A stretch of 63,995 bases of DNA, filler included, from Circinaria calcarea (taxonomy: Eukaryota): NCBI GenBank assembly GCA_051942165.1. It is 3 parts of 3 records of this genome, joined end to end, with 100 filler letters (N's around TTAATTAATTAA, not from the genome) between each part and the next. Parts side by side here need not be neighbours in the genome. Positions count along the whole stretch, not along the records: positions 21,511 to 42,879 come from JAVECS010000145.1; positions 42,980 to 63,995 come from JAVECS010000153.1; 1 more part is not named here. One strand, given 5' to 3'. Below are positions 39,049-51,643 of the stretch, piece after piece; the first letter of the stretch is position 1; each line of letters opens with the position of its first letter. The translations under genes and the position numbers were made by a program. A model generated the notes under the pieces. It was not told the DNA's origin. It ran no database searches and saw nothing but the letters and a program-made list of their open reading frames with translations.

Positions 39049-39839
39049 ATGGGAAACATGAATCAGAGTAGTCATGACTTCTTCATGCGGGAAGCTCTGA
39101 AGATGGTAAGGCTGCTATGGTTTTCTCGTGGTAATTTAAGGTAATTCTAATTGAAAGTGTAACAAAGGCAGAGCATGCTCTTTCTACAGATGAAACTCCA
39201 GTTGGATGTGTATTCGTCTACGAGAATCGTGTCATAGGACGGGGAATTAATGATACAAATAAGTCACTCAATGTAGGTCAGATAAAGCCTTTATATCCTA
39301 TGACGAGCAGAGAATCAATAATAGGTTCTTAGGGTACTAGGCATGCAGAATTCCAAGCGATTGCCGAAATCTTGAGAAATCATCATCCTTCCGTTCTCCG
39401 AGAAACAGATGTATACGTGACCGTGGAGCCCTGTATTATGTGTGCTGCTGCTCTCCGACAGTATCAGATTAGATCTGTATTCTACGGCTGTGATAACGAT
39501 CGTTTTGGTGGCAATGGCGGCGTGCTTTCTATCCATACTGAGTACATATCTCTCCGAGAAATAATAAGGATCCAGTTACTGATAGTAGTTAGTCCCAGTG
39601 TTGATCTACCTTACGTTGCCCAAGGGGGGATTTTCCGAGAAAGCGCCATAATGCTGTTGCGGCGATTCTATGTTCAGGAGAACGAGAAAGGTAAGTCAGC
39701 CAAAGCATGATGATGTATCCAGACGAACTATCAAACTAATGATCAAATAGCTCCAGAACCTAGACCCAAGAAGAACCGCGAGTTGAAATCTGATATCGTT
39801 CTGATCTCTAAAAAGGACTTGGACTCAACACTACTTTGA
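39049..39839 (+). CDS. TAD2: tRNA-specific adenosine-34 deaminase catalytic subunit
   Basis: FMREAL, ETPVGCVFV, GTRHAEF, YVTVEPCIMCA, YGCDNDRFGG, LLRRFYVQENEKAP after splicing. Confidence 0.93.
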
Positions 39840-40065
39840 GCGCCTTCGAAACAAGCAGCAGTATCCCCAGGTGGCACAGTGTATATCGTTCATGTTGTTG
39901 TTCTGAACCCAGTAGAAGATCGGGGCTCACAGATTTGGTAATATCAGTATGTAGGATTGTGATGCAAACGATAGCCTTTGAAGAGAGTGTATTATTTAAA
40001 AATATCTCTTTGAGCCTAGACGCCCCAGACGCCGTCGATTTAACAGCTCTTAAAAGCTTTGTATC

Positions 40066-40854
40066 TCATATCATCCCTATTCGCTCAGACTCAAGCTCCC
40101 TTTCAGCTTGTTGGTAGTATTTGGCAGTATCGACACCATGCTGAAAAGTAGTAAGCATAGCGTTCCTTGAATAGTATGACCCCACACGTACCTGCTCATG
40201 GTTCACGAAATTAAACCATGGCAACACATGATACCATACACCTGCGTACCTCGAGTTTCTCGACGCTACGCCTTGCATGTAAGAGGAAAGTGTCGTCTTG
40301 CCATACAGAGGTTCTCCCTTCTTGACTTTATCCACCATTTCTCGCATATCCATTTCTATTTCACGCTTATTTTCCCTAAAGCCATAAAAACGATCTAGCC
40401 GTTGAGGTACGCCGGATCAGTATGCCGCCGACGGTAAATAAGTAGAGTAAGCATTGTAACTTACTTGTAGAGCGCTCGCAGAGCATTAGAAAGCCGGCAC
40501 CAACACCAAGAACCCCTGACAGCCGCATTATAGGGGCAAATCCACCACGACCAACATGGGATGGAGCAATTTTTTCCCACAGTAACATTAAACCGGGCCC
40601 CAGAGCACCAAGGCCAGCACCGGCAGCATAGTCCGAAGGCCGAGCATACTTTAGAACTCTCTTGATGTGTCTGTAGGTAGCTTAGCTGCAACAATCTTCC
40701 TATAGAATAGTGGGAAATATACGGGTCGCTATCAATGAGCTGGGAGAAGGGATTAGCATTCGATTTCAAGAAAATAAGTTGTGTTGATACTGACTGGATA
40801 CGGGGTATTTAAGGTCTTTGCAGGCACATAGGCCCGCTGTAGTTCTGTCATCAT
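40066..40854 (-). CDS. NUXM: NADH:ubiquinone oxidoreductase 20.9/21-kDa accessory subunit (fungal NUXM)
   Basis: TPYP-LIDSDP, YARPSDY, RFYGFRENKRE..MDMREMVDKVKKGEPLYG, RNSRY, PWFNFVNH-QHGVDTAKYYQQAERELE. Confidence 0.9.
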
Positions 40855-41069
40855 CAATGCACATGGGTAATGGGCAATGGAAGATACCTTGATGCGCCTG
40901 AGCAAGTCGATAAAGTTACAGGGCAGGGGGCGACCCCAGAATCAGATATAGCGACGTAGGCTAGGCCTCTTTAGGACCGTATGTATACATCACCGCGTCT
41001 TCCCGTGTTTAACGTGAAATTGAGTAACGCGCGGCACCTATTCATAATTATTGAGACCCCTCAAGAACC

Positions 41070-42072
41070 ATGGCTGGCATTGAAAGCAGTATTGCTATTC
41101 CAAGGGACGACCTTGATGACCTCTACAACTATGACATTGATAACACCGACGATGTCTTCCGCGAGTTCGAGGCGAATATGGAAGCCCCAGTCCAGTCCAA
41201 GCCTGGGAACGCGCCTAAACCAGGTGCGGACCTAGGGATTGACAGTGAGGTTCAGGTTGTGAAGAAACGAAAGCCAATCGCCAAGCTAGATGAGAACAGG
41301 TACTCTATCATCCAGTGCTCTGGCTACAAAGATTAAGATGCCAATGACCCCACAATAGACTACTTTCGCAAGCTGGCATACCTAAACTAAGACGAATAAC
41401 GAAAGAGCGCCTAAAGTTTAAGGGTAAAGGACACGAGGTAGTGGGGCCCTAAACAACATCAGTTAAGTTTACTAACAAAGCTATTAGTATTCCGATGTAG
41501 CTCGCCTCCTCAACCTCTACCAGTTATGGCTTGACGATTTGTATCCAAGAGCAAAGTTTGCCGATGGTTTAGCTATTATCGAGAAGCTTGGCCATACAAA
41601 GCGCATGCAAATAATGAGACGAGAGTGGATCAACGAGGGAAAGCCCCGAGATATATTTCAGGAAGAGAAGCTGAACACGATAGGGGGCGTAGAAGGGGCG
41701 GACCAAGTCCCTGACCAGAACTCACCCCCTTCCATCCCAATACAAATTCAGAAGGATTCAGGGGGCTCCTTAGCTACTGACGATCGCGGCCAATCCTCGG
41801 TGACTGCAGATTTACGAGAACGGACGCGGAACGTCTCAAATGATCTTATACTTCGCCAGGAAAGCCTCTTCCTGTCCGATAACGACAATTCCCAGCTGTC
41901 AGACGACGACGATCTAGATGCACTCCTCGCTGAGGATTTGCAGAAGGAGGCGAGTGCAAAATCAGTGGATGCTAAGGAGAATCCTCAGAGCTTGCCGCAC
42001 TCACTTTCCCAAGTGGAAGAAAACTTTGATGATGACTTGGAAGCCATGGCCGGCATGGATGACATGTGGTGA
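41070..42072 (+). CDS. CSM3: Replication fork protection complex subunit Csm3/Swi3 (Tipin)
   Basis: LGIDSEVQVVKKRKPIAKLDENRLLSQAGIPKLR, FKGKGHE-YSD..RLLNLYQLWLDDLYPRAKFADGLAIIEKLGH. Confidence 0.94.
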
Positions 42073-42517
42073 TGGATCTTTGAATATTGCTACTTGGTTT
42101 TCTTGGCATTAGCGTTGGCGTTACGGGATATAGGGTAATGTTAAATTGGCATACAGCATTGATGCATGTTCAACGCAGCGCCAGGAAGTCTGTAATAAAG
42201 CAGGGGGAAACAGAAGTGACGACGATATCCGATGGTGAGGACATCCTGAAAATGGTGGTTCAGATTCTTCACTTCACGGCTTAGAGTTGCCTTTGAATAT
42301 CCCTTGCAGACAAACATTCAAGAGTTATTCCAGGGGAGACATTGAAGCATATAAGTAATCTCTCGAACGTCCAACCTTTTAGTTATTTAATATCATATGT
42401 AAAATAGGGCCCTTGCACCTCAGCATGCTTAAGGTAGTACTGGTAGGTACAAAAGGCCTTCTGATCACTGTTATGGACTTTTTGTAGTCCCCCTGCCGAT
42501 GGAGGTGTTTTTACCAG

Positions 42518-42691
42518 CAGGCGCTTGACAAAAAAATTGCAACCCCAACAGTGATTACTCGCTAAATTTTCACCTCTAGATTTGTGGAACCCCTCCAATG
42601 TTGGTGGTGCCATACCCGAATCCTAGGCTGAAAGGGTCAGTAACTACAGCTGGGGGTAATTCAGGGTTGCAATTTTTTTGTCAAGCGCGTG
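42518..42691. mobile_element. 174-bp MITE, 28-bp TIRs (1 mismatch), 5-bp TSD ACCAG
   Basis: Perfect 25-bp inverted repeat GCGCTTGACAAAAAAATTGCAACCC (42521-42545 / 42664-42688), termini CAG.../...GTG. ACCAG at 42513-42517 and 42692-42696. Confidence 0.85.
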
Positions 42692-42879
42692 ACCAGCCGA
42701 CGCCGCATGGACATTCTATTCAGCACATCCAACCCTAGAAGTTCGTGTGAACACTACAGATTTGCTTAACAAAAACTGGATATATTCAAGCAATTTCCTT
42801 TTTTTCTAAAGACTATTCGACAATCGTGGCAGTAGAATTCAAATGAGATTGCGATGCATGGAATGTCATAACGCCTACT

Positions 42880-42979
42880 NNNNNNNNNNNNNNNNNNNNN
42901 NNNNNNNNNNNNNNNNNNNNNNNTTAATTAATTAANNNNNNNNNNNNNNNNNNNNNNNNNNNNNNNNNNNNNNNNNNNN
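42880..42979. other. Artificial contig-join linker (44 N + TTAATTAATTAA + 44 N)
   Basis: Same structure as 21411-21510. Confidence 0.97.
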
Positions 42980-43017
42980 TGCATTTAATATGAAATGACT
43001 GGATAGGTGGCCCCATA

Positions 43018-46000
43018 TTAGGCGCGTGCTGAATTGAAACCAGCAATAACACGGATCATTTGTGACTCTGGCGCATCGCCATCAGACCATGCCACTTCCT
43101 CGAATCCGACGTCTTTCATATTCCTTTCCCAAAGACTTTCACTAGCCACAACATGCGACCGGCCATCGTTAAAGAGCCACCATCCTTCAAATAGACCCAC
43201 GGCGATATCCATCCAGAACATGTTCTGCGTGACTTCTACCAGAGTCAGGACACCATCTTCGCGAAGCATCTTACGAAGGTTCGACAATGAGTGCTTGAGA
43301 TTCGTTGTGGCGTGAACGCAGTTGGTGGAGATCACCACGTGGAACTCGTCCAGGTACTCATCCGGCGGGGACTTCTCGACATCAAGCACGCTGAACTCCA
43401 TGCCTTCAATGCCTTTGAACCGTCTCTTGGCGGCGGCCACCAGGGACGCCGACAAGTCAGTAAAGATATATTCAAAAGGGATTCCATGACGCCTGAGATG
43501 GTTTACGATGTACTTTGTTGTGCCTCCAGTACCTGCTCCAACCTCGATGATGCGAAACTTTCCATTCCCGTCGGCATTGGACAAGGCCTTGGTCAGGAAC
43601 TCTCCAAGCAACAGTATGCAAGATCGAAGCAGCGGCCAGTTCTCGTACATGTCATCCAGGTTTTGCTTATTGGTTTTGTCGCCGAAGAGTAGATGTATTG
43701 CATCCTTCTCGCCGGTAAGACATGCAGCAAGCTGCGATCCGGGGACTTGGGTTACCTTGTGCACATTGGCATGCTGAGGGTGTGCATCAAGTATCTCCCG
43801 AAAAATGACATCAGCTGGCGTGGTATCGACTGGCACGTTTGTTCGGAAACATTGATCCCCAGTGAACGATACCAGATGAGCATCCTCGAGAATGCGGTGG
43901 AGTTGGCGTACAAGTTGCTTGTGCCTAGGCAGGTACTGGATTTCAGGGATTGGCTCACCTGATCGGAGTGATTTTATATCGCACCCAAGAGCTGTAAATC
44001 CTTCCACGACGTATGCCAAAACAAGCCGAGCCTGCGTCGGGTAGACCTCGGTCCAAAAGTTGGCAGCCTGGATTTCTACGCCAATCCGGTCATGTTCATA
44101 CCGTATCTCTTCAAACGCTTTATGAGCTAAAGTGAGGGACGGCCGATCCAATGAGGTCTTCGCTGTCTCTCGGGTGTTGGCAGCGATTGATTCATTAGCG
44201 GGAGAAACATCCCCGTCGTCAGCGATGGTCTCAACTTTGTTGTCGTTAGGGTCGGCAGCGTTACCCAACATTGAATCAATGTGAGTGCAGATTGCTCGAA
44301 TGTTTGGAAGGAACAAGAAATCCGTCAGGTCGATATTGAGACCAAAAGCTGCCCGGATCTCGTTTAGCACCTCGGTGACCATCAGAGAGTCGATGCCGAG
44401 TTCTTCCAGGGTTGATTCGTCTCTTAACTCTTCTGCAGGTATGTCGGTAACTTTATGCAACAGCTCAATCAGATCACTGCGTTTGCTGGCAGGTTTCTTC
44501 GCTTGACTCTTTGAATTCTTCTCGCTGCTTTTGCTTGTGGGGGGCTCAAGGACAACTGGTGCTTGTCTTTCCTCATTCATGCTCACAGGAGCTCCTGTGA
44601 TAGGTCCATTGACACCTTTCAATATCCTGGCCACGACTGACTGAGGTGCTCTAGAGAAGCTGTAGTCAAATATTGTTATTACCAGCTTCTTGCTCTCAGC
44701 CTCGAAGACATATATATCGCATACTGTGCGTCGGTCATTATCTTCCGTCAGATTTGCATAGACAATCCACTCTTTCGCTTCGGGGTTGAAGCTGCCGCCA
44801 ATCTCGAATCGTCCGATCTGCAAGACAACATGGATGTCTTTGGCACTTGGATGTGTAAAATAATTTACCAATAAGCCGGCAAATTGCAGGAAGCTGTCGA
44901 TCATCGGGGTCTCACAAAGTCGCTGGCCAAGAGGAGCGTTCGGAGTCACGGATTTGACGACCCTACCGGCAGCCTCGTTACGCAAAGCAGCGATCCTTCG
45001 AACTCCATGGAATTCATCACCGAGACTGACAAGCTGGCTGATTGCTCGATAAATGTGACTTCCTTGCATGTTTTCAGCTTCAGCATTATTCATAATTTCT
45101 TCGCAGCGGCGAAACCCAATCAGGGATTCAAAACGCTTGAAATTTTGAACCATTTGTAGATTGTCCCGCTTCTGAAGGTAAATGTTTCCAGTTACGTGCT
45201 CTACAGGCTCGCTTTTACTCCGTCCTGACTTTTCCTCTACTTGGCTGGATAAGACGAAAGACCAAGACGATTGTGCCGCTTCATTACGGGTCAGGTGAAG
45301 GAATATGTCTTTGCTACTGTCGAGCCCGACCGGGTATTTCAATTGTATAGATTCGACACAAGGGACGTGGGACATGTCTTCTGAATCCGAGTGAAGAGAC
45401 ATTGCAGCTCGAGTAACTAGCTCAAAGTAAAGTGACACTGGAGCGAGAGCTTGGCCGCCGTGAAGGTGAGCTTGCAGTAAGGATTGATATCTATCGCTTT
45501 GCGGGTCTATGCGGAACTTTGCCTCGTTGTTGCTGCTATCATTGAATTTAACAAACGACAAAAATTCATGCTTGGTCGTTTCCTGAACAGGGTCAGTGGA
45601 GGTTGCGATCTCATTTCGCTCAGAAAACGGCAGCCAGTGCCGAGATTTTTCAAATTGGTACGGCGGCAGGGTCAGGAATTGGTATTGTTGTTTTTGCGAT
45701 CGATGGAAGAGCCAATATTGGGCTCTATAACCTGTCTTCCATAGGTTGCTAGTAACCTCAGAAAGTGAGCTCGTTGCGTTTGATGTGGTAAGTTGGGGAG
45801 ATAGGAAAAGATGCCCTTGATCAGGACGTGTCCCAAGAGTGCCTCGCACGAGTTGCATAACAGATGAACCATGGCCCGCCTCGAGCCATGTACACGCGGA
45901 AAACCGTTTCGCAAGCCTATTCACCGCTTGGTCGAAGAAGACTGGGCGTCTCATATGCTCTGCAGCGAGCCTGAAATCCGGCTCTGCGTAACTCGAGACA

Positions 46001-49000
46001 TCAGTGCATGTCTCCAAATAGATCGCTGGCAGTCTCCAGTCGAGCTCTTCTGCCAAAGCTGTGAGATGAGGCAGCACAGGGTCTGTGAATTTGGAATGAA
46101 ATCCGTGGGTAACTCGTAACATCTTCATGCGAACCGAATCGCGGAGAGACGGATTACTTATAACATGTTTTTCCAATCCCTCAATGGACTGAGCAGAACC
46201 AACCAAAATATATCGACCTGAGCCGTTGAAGCAGGCTACTTCCACGTCGTCATCACTACCTTTCGCTTTCAACGAATCAAGAATCAGAGAGATATTTTGC
46301 TCATTTGTCTGCAACGCGAGCATAGATCCTCTTTTAGGACCCCAGTGCTTGAGCATAAGGGAAGCTCTTCCGGCAACAAGCTTGAGTGCGTGCTCGAGTG
46401 ACAGACAGCCTGAGATACAGAGCGCAGTTAGCTGCCCAAAGCTGTGACCAACAACCGCACTGATCTCTAGTCCGCAATCCATCCAGGTCTTTGCGCAGGA
46501 ATACTGGACCGCGAAAAGCGCCGAATGGAGGGTTATCAGATTTGAGACGGGCGTGGTTTGAAAGACGGCTGGGTATAAACTGTCGTAGCCAAGTGCATCC
46601 AGAACTTCATCGCAGTGATCGAGATGGTGGCGAAATAATAGAGAAGATCGATACAGCCCCTCGGAAATCCCAATAATGTCGCTCTCTTGGCCTCCAAATA
46701 CAAGCACGACCGGCATCAGCTTACGATGGATTTCGCCCTGTAACGTATTCGATCCTGAGGCCACACCGTCAAGTTTATCTTCGAGGTCGGCTAGATCAGT
46801 AACTATTGTCGCAGCCACGTGCGGCAGTAAGTGGTTTCCTCTATCTGCCAGATTGAACGCCAAGTCCGACAGCAAACGGTCCGAGGCGTGCCTAGATCTT
46901 AGATCCTTTATGTAGCTGAGAAGTTTTCCACAGTACATCGAGAGACTGTTTGTTGATGCCGCCGAGGCGAACAGTGGATACTTTAGCACATCCCCAGCAG
47001 CTTTTTGATTTGCCTTGACGTTGTCAAAGGTATCGTCCGGCTTCGGGCGAACAATAATTGCAGCGTTACTCCCAGCAGCTCCGTAGCTGTTGATACAAGC
47101 TAGACGCGAAGAAGAAGCCCACGTTTGTGTGTTGCGGGGAATCTCCATTCTGTCTCCTTCCAACGGTGGTATCTTGGGATTCAAGCGAGAAAAGCTTGCT
47201 TGGGCGGGTATCATGCCATGTTCCATCATTAGTAGGACTTTGATAAGTCCTGCGATGCCAGCAGTAGCTTCGGTGTGCCCGATGTGTCCTTTGACAGAGC
47301 CGAAATATAGAGTCTGCTCACGCGAAGTGCCCCCGAAGGCCTCTCGAATACTCATTACCTCCAAAGGGTCGCCGACGACTGTCCCAGTCCCGTGAGCCTC
47401 GACATAGGATATCGATCTTGGGTCAACACCTGCAAGGTTTGAGACTTTCCTATAGAGGCTGGTCTGCGATCCAGAATGTGGCACAGTGATATGACTGCAG
47501 TTTTCGTTCTGATTGACCGCAGACCCTGCGATGACCCCGAGTATATTGTCTTTCTCTTCAATAGCGGTCGCTAGTGGTTTAAGAACGACAACTGCGACAC
47601 CTTCGCCGCGGCAGTAGCCATCAGCGGCAGCATCAAAGGGTTTACATGCTCCAGTTGGGCTCAGAAAGCCTGCAGCTGCAAGATTCTGATAGTCATACGG
47701 ACTCGTAAAAACATTAGTGCCCCCAGCTATGGCCCGTGAGCACTCGCCAGCTTGTATAGCCTTACAAGCTGTATTAATGGCGACAAGCGATGAAGAACAG
47801 GCTGTATCAATGGACATGGAAGGACCCGTCCATCCAAAATGATGGCTGAGCCTGCCACTAAAGAAGGAACGAGACGTTCCGAGCATGGAATATGCCGTCG
47901 GGGCATGGCATGAAACATTGTCATAATAGTTGTTGCAGACCACGCCAACGTAACACCCATAGTCGGTTGGTGTCGAAACCGGAGAGGCTCCGAAGTACCC
48001 AGACGACGCCATGGCTTCGTAAGCCACCTCAAGCAGGATCCTCTGCTGGGGGTCATAGGAGAGTGCCTCTCGGGACGACTTTTTGAAGAAGCGATGATCA
48101 AAGGCGTCGGCATCGCGTAAGAAATTGCCCCACCATTTCGTGTCGGGGCTTATTGTCTCAGCGATACGAGGGCCATCCATCTTCAGCCTGTCGGACGGCG
48201 CGGGCTCAACCATAGAAGTGCCCGAGAGTAACAGTTGCCAGAACTCATCGACTGAGTCAGCACCAGGGAGCCTGCAAGCCATACCTACAATGGCAACAGA
48301 ATGAGGAGGATACTGAGATTCCCCAGGAGGCAAAATCCCGTCCGTAAAGGCGGATGTACCACTGGCGGGGGTACCATTGACCGCGGTACCATTGACGGAT
48401 GTACCACTGCCAGATATACCATTGACCGCGGTACCATTGACGGACGTACCACTGCCAGATGTACCATTGACCGAAATAGTGGTGGGGAGCCCATGTGTTG
48501 ATGATGCTTCAACAGGCCGCTTTGCCTGGGAAAGGTCGAGGTCGAGCTTAATTAGCGATACAATCTCCAGGCTCGAGTTTTGCAAAAGAGAAGGTGGAAT
48601 ATGATTACCAAACCCTGCAAAAGCGACAGTTCGATTATTGGCCGGGAGTTGACCGACAGAAGCCTTTACGGTTCCATACCAATCAGCTGGTTTCAACAGC
48701 ATACTCTCGAGAGCGATTTTAAGCAGGGACCCTTCCTTGATGATCTGGCCATTGACAGTTGATCGCAAAGGTACTTGGATATCATCCACAGTTGGAAACT
48801 GCAATTCGCTCAGTGAAGCACATAGTTGATTGACCTTTTCAGCAGCGGATGAGAGTGCGGCAGAATGGAAGCGACCTTGCACAGGAACAATCTTAACACG
48901 CAGTCCGCGTAACTGGAAATCCTGAATGATATCTACCAGATCGGGATCTTGTGCGGTAACCGTGACACACGTGTCGTCAGTTATGCTCGAAATATACGCC

Positions 49001-49693
49001 TGTTGCGGAAAGTTTAGTTTTTACCACCTCTGCGTTGATATAAGCCTTACTCACACCTGGATATGCCTGAATAATTGTGGCAATGCCCTCCTTTCTAAGC
49101 TCCCCATTTCGCCAACGAACCGCCACACAAGCGGTTTTGTTTGGTAGCTCGGCAAAGCACCCATCTCGGTCGACATATGCCCCCACACAAACAGCCAGAC
49201 ACAAGCTGACTGCGCCTAACGTGGCGATGTCTTCCTCGGTTTTGGCGCAGGCCACAGCGATTGCCGTGAGAAAGCCAATGCAGAAGCCCTGAGTTCCACC
49301 AGCTTTGAGTCCTTCCAGTACCAGCTGATGTGAATCTTTGCCTCCCAGTCGGTTTTTATAACGAACGTACAGAGCTATCTGAAGAAGAATGGTGACAGGT
49401 AGGGCGTACACGTTTGGTGGAGGCGGGCCGTCAACTGGATAGGAGAACACACCATTTTCAATCCATTGCTGAAGATCACCCAAATACTCCGCTCCAGGTA
49501 CATGTATCAATTTAGGGTCAGACTCAATCAGTTTCTGCCAGAATGTCGGTAGGCCCTTCACTGCTTCACAAAGACCGGCCAATTGAGGAGTCCCAACCAG
49601 AACCTCGCGCAACTCAGCAACGACTTCCGCAGAAGGCAGTTTCGTCTGCGGTCCAAAGACTAGTAATGTCGGGAATGCTGCGGTTGACGCCAT
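43018..49693 (-). CDS. Iterative type I non-reducing polyketide synthase, SAT-KS-AT-PT-ACP-CMeT, no C-terminal TE or R domain
   Basis: SAT GFCIG and GRFH; KS DTACSSS, EAHGTGT, KGHIGHTE; AT GHSFG, HGFHS; PT His/Asp dyad (AHLHGG, IDSFLQ); ACP LGIDSLM; MT IEVGAGTGG. One intron at 49000-49054; stop at 43018 directly after the MT domain. Confidence 0.96.
48352..48475 (-). repeat. Coding tandem repeat (15-bp subunits, 45-bp higher-order unit) in the PKS SAT-KS linker
   Basis: Repeated GTACCATTGAC / GTACCACTGCC units encoding SVNGTSGSGTSVNGTAVNGISGSGTSVNGTAVNGT. Confidence 0.9.
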
Positions 49694-51643
49694 TCCCAAT
49701 CGACCAGATATGATGGCTGGTTTAAGTTGAACAGGGATTCACGTTCCCCTGGCCCTCGGAAGCGGAAGTGTAACGGAGGGCAATTGCTGTACTATAATAT
49801 GCAATGACTAAACATACTAGAGATGGCAGATATTCTTCTGGCTTGAAAGTCTGAGCATACTCATCAAATCCAGATTGCCCCTTTATCATATGGTGTACGT
49901 GATAATCGAGCTTACCAACCTTCACAAGCCAAACCCCCACTCGCTGAAATCCGGTTCCTATTCCCCCCATCCTACATCCTCTTATCTGCATTGTACATCT
50001 TGTTTTCATCTAATCTTCGCAGCACACGTGCAGACCTCTTGCACAGGCATATAAGCCAATGGTATTGAACATCACAGCTACATGGATGTCAACAACAAAA
50101 GCAATAGAGCGGGACAAATCCTTTATGCGGCGTTAGCATACACGTACCGAGGGTTGACTGTTATCATCAGAAGTTTGAAGCGCGCTAATGCAGCGACGGC
50201 CACAGACAAGAGATCGCAATTGAGCGGTGAGCAAGAAATCAAGCGTGTAGCCCGGTAACAGCATCAAGCGGCTCTTGGGATTTCCAAAGTGCTTCTAGAA
50301 TGCAAGTATGACGCAGTAATGAACCCCTTCGCTCCCTGCATATGCCCAAAGCCGCCCGCGAGGGACTATCTGATGGTTCCCATTCATCCGGCCCCTGGGC
50401 CGTGCCACCTTTATAGGTGAGATCGAGCACTAAGTACATACGATGAATTAGGCCCATAAAGCTTAATCTGCATCAAATAATTTGCCCTATAACCTTGTAA
50501 GTAATAATCCATTAAAAATTAAGATTTCTCTTTCTTGTTTTCATATTTTCTCAAATCAATTAAACAACAAGTGACAGCAAGCTCAACAAACGATACCGAT
50601 TGACAAGAATAACACCAACGAATTCGTGTCAGGAACTGCCTATTACCAGGCGAATAACTCCCCTTTGTGGGTAAGGCGTGTGTAGGGGCACATGGCCGGA
50701 TGAATGGATATCATCGGACAAAGCTTGATTGCTGTGTTGATCCCCCCCTTCCTTGCCTTAGTTATTATTGGTGTTGTTTCTGGTTATGCTTAGGCAGGCG
50801 CGGAATGATAGTACTCCCCAAGCTAATAAAAACCCTTGCTTTCACCGTACAAGTATTATAAGGGATCGAAGAAGGAAGAGGGCCCTCCCTGTCGAAATCG
50901 TGAAGAAACCCCCATATGCATGCTATCTATACCTGCAGTACGGCAACGACTCTCGGCTACTACCGTTCCTACCCATCTGAGACCATTGCGGTATTTTTGG
51001 CCATGACGGTATCGCAGGATTGATCAGCAAAGCATCATGGTATCTCTTATCAATGCTGTCGGGGCTTGAAGTTGCGGGTTCTGAACGTAACGTGGGACGG
51101 AAATAAGCCTTTGAGGGTCCTTGGTAGTGCTGACCCAATGCAGATGAGCGAATCCTTCAAATCCTTCTGTTGCCATCGGTCCGCACCCGATTTACAAGTT
51201 ACAGCTATATAACCACGATTATTAAGCGGGTTTAGGGGTGAAGAATTCTTAATGACTGTTACTGTCTAATAATAAGCGCTCCTTATAGTTTAGATACTAA
51301 GCTACCTATAGTGCAGTAAACGCGTGATTAATTCCTAGCTTACATGCTGGTTGATCCTGGGACTTCTATCCTGGAGGAAACGGCGAAGAAATCAAATGAG
51401 GATGGCATAACTGCGTAACAGCTGCATGAACGGATTCTGTCCTCTAGTAGTACCGGGTTTCTCTTGATCCCCTTTCTTTATCTTATTCCTTCCCTACTCT
51501 GTCCCTACTCTGCGGACTTTAAGTGTCAAAGGACCTAACAATTCCTCTCAGCTTTCCTACCACCATCACCTTCGTCACAAAAGAACTATCTCTCAACCCA
51601 TAAACTTTGAACCATCTTTGATTTGCTGTCTTCTTCCTTCATC

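Noticed and set aside
51214..51326. CACG...CGTG-bounded AT-rich segment as a third MITE copy
   Set aside because: Lacks the TGACAAAA TIR core, and the flanking 5-mers (ATAAC, ATTAA) do not match.
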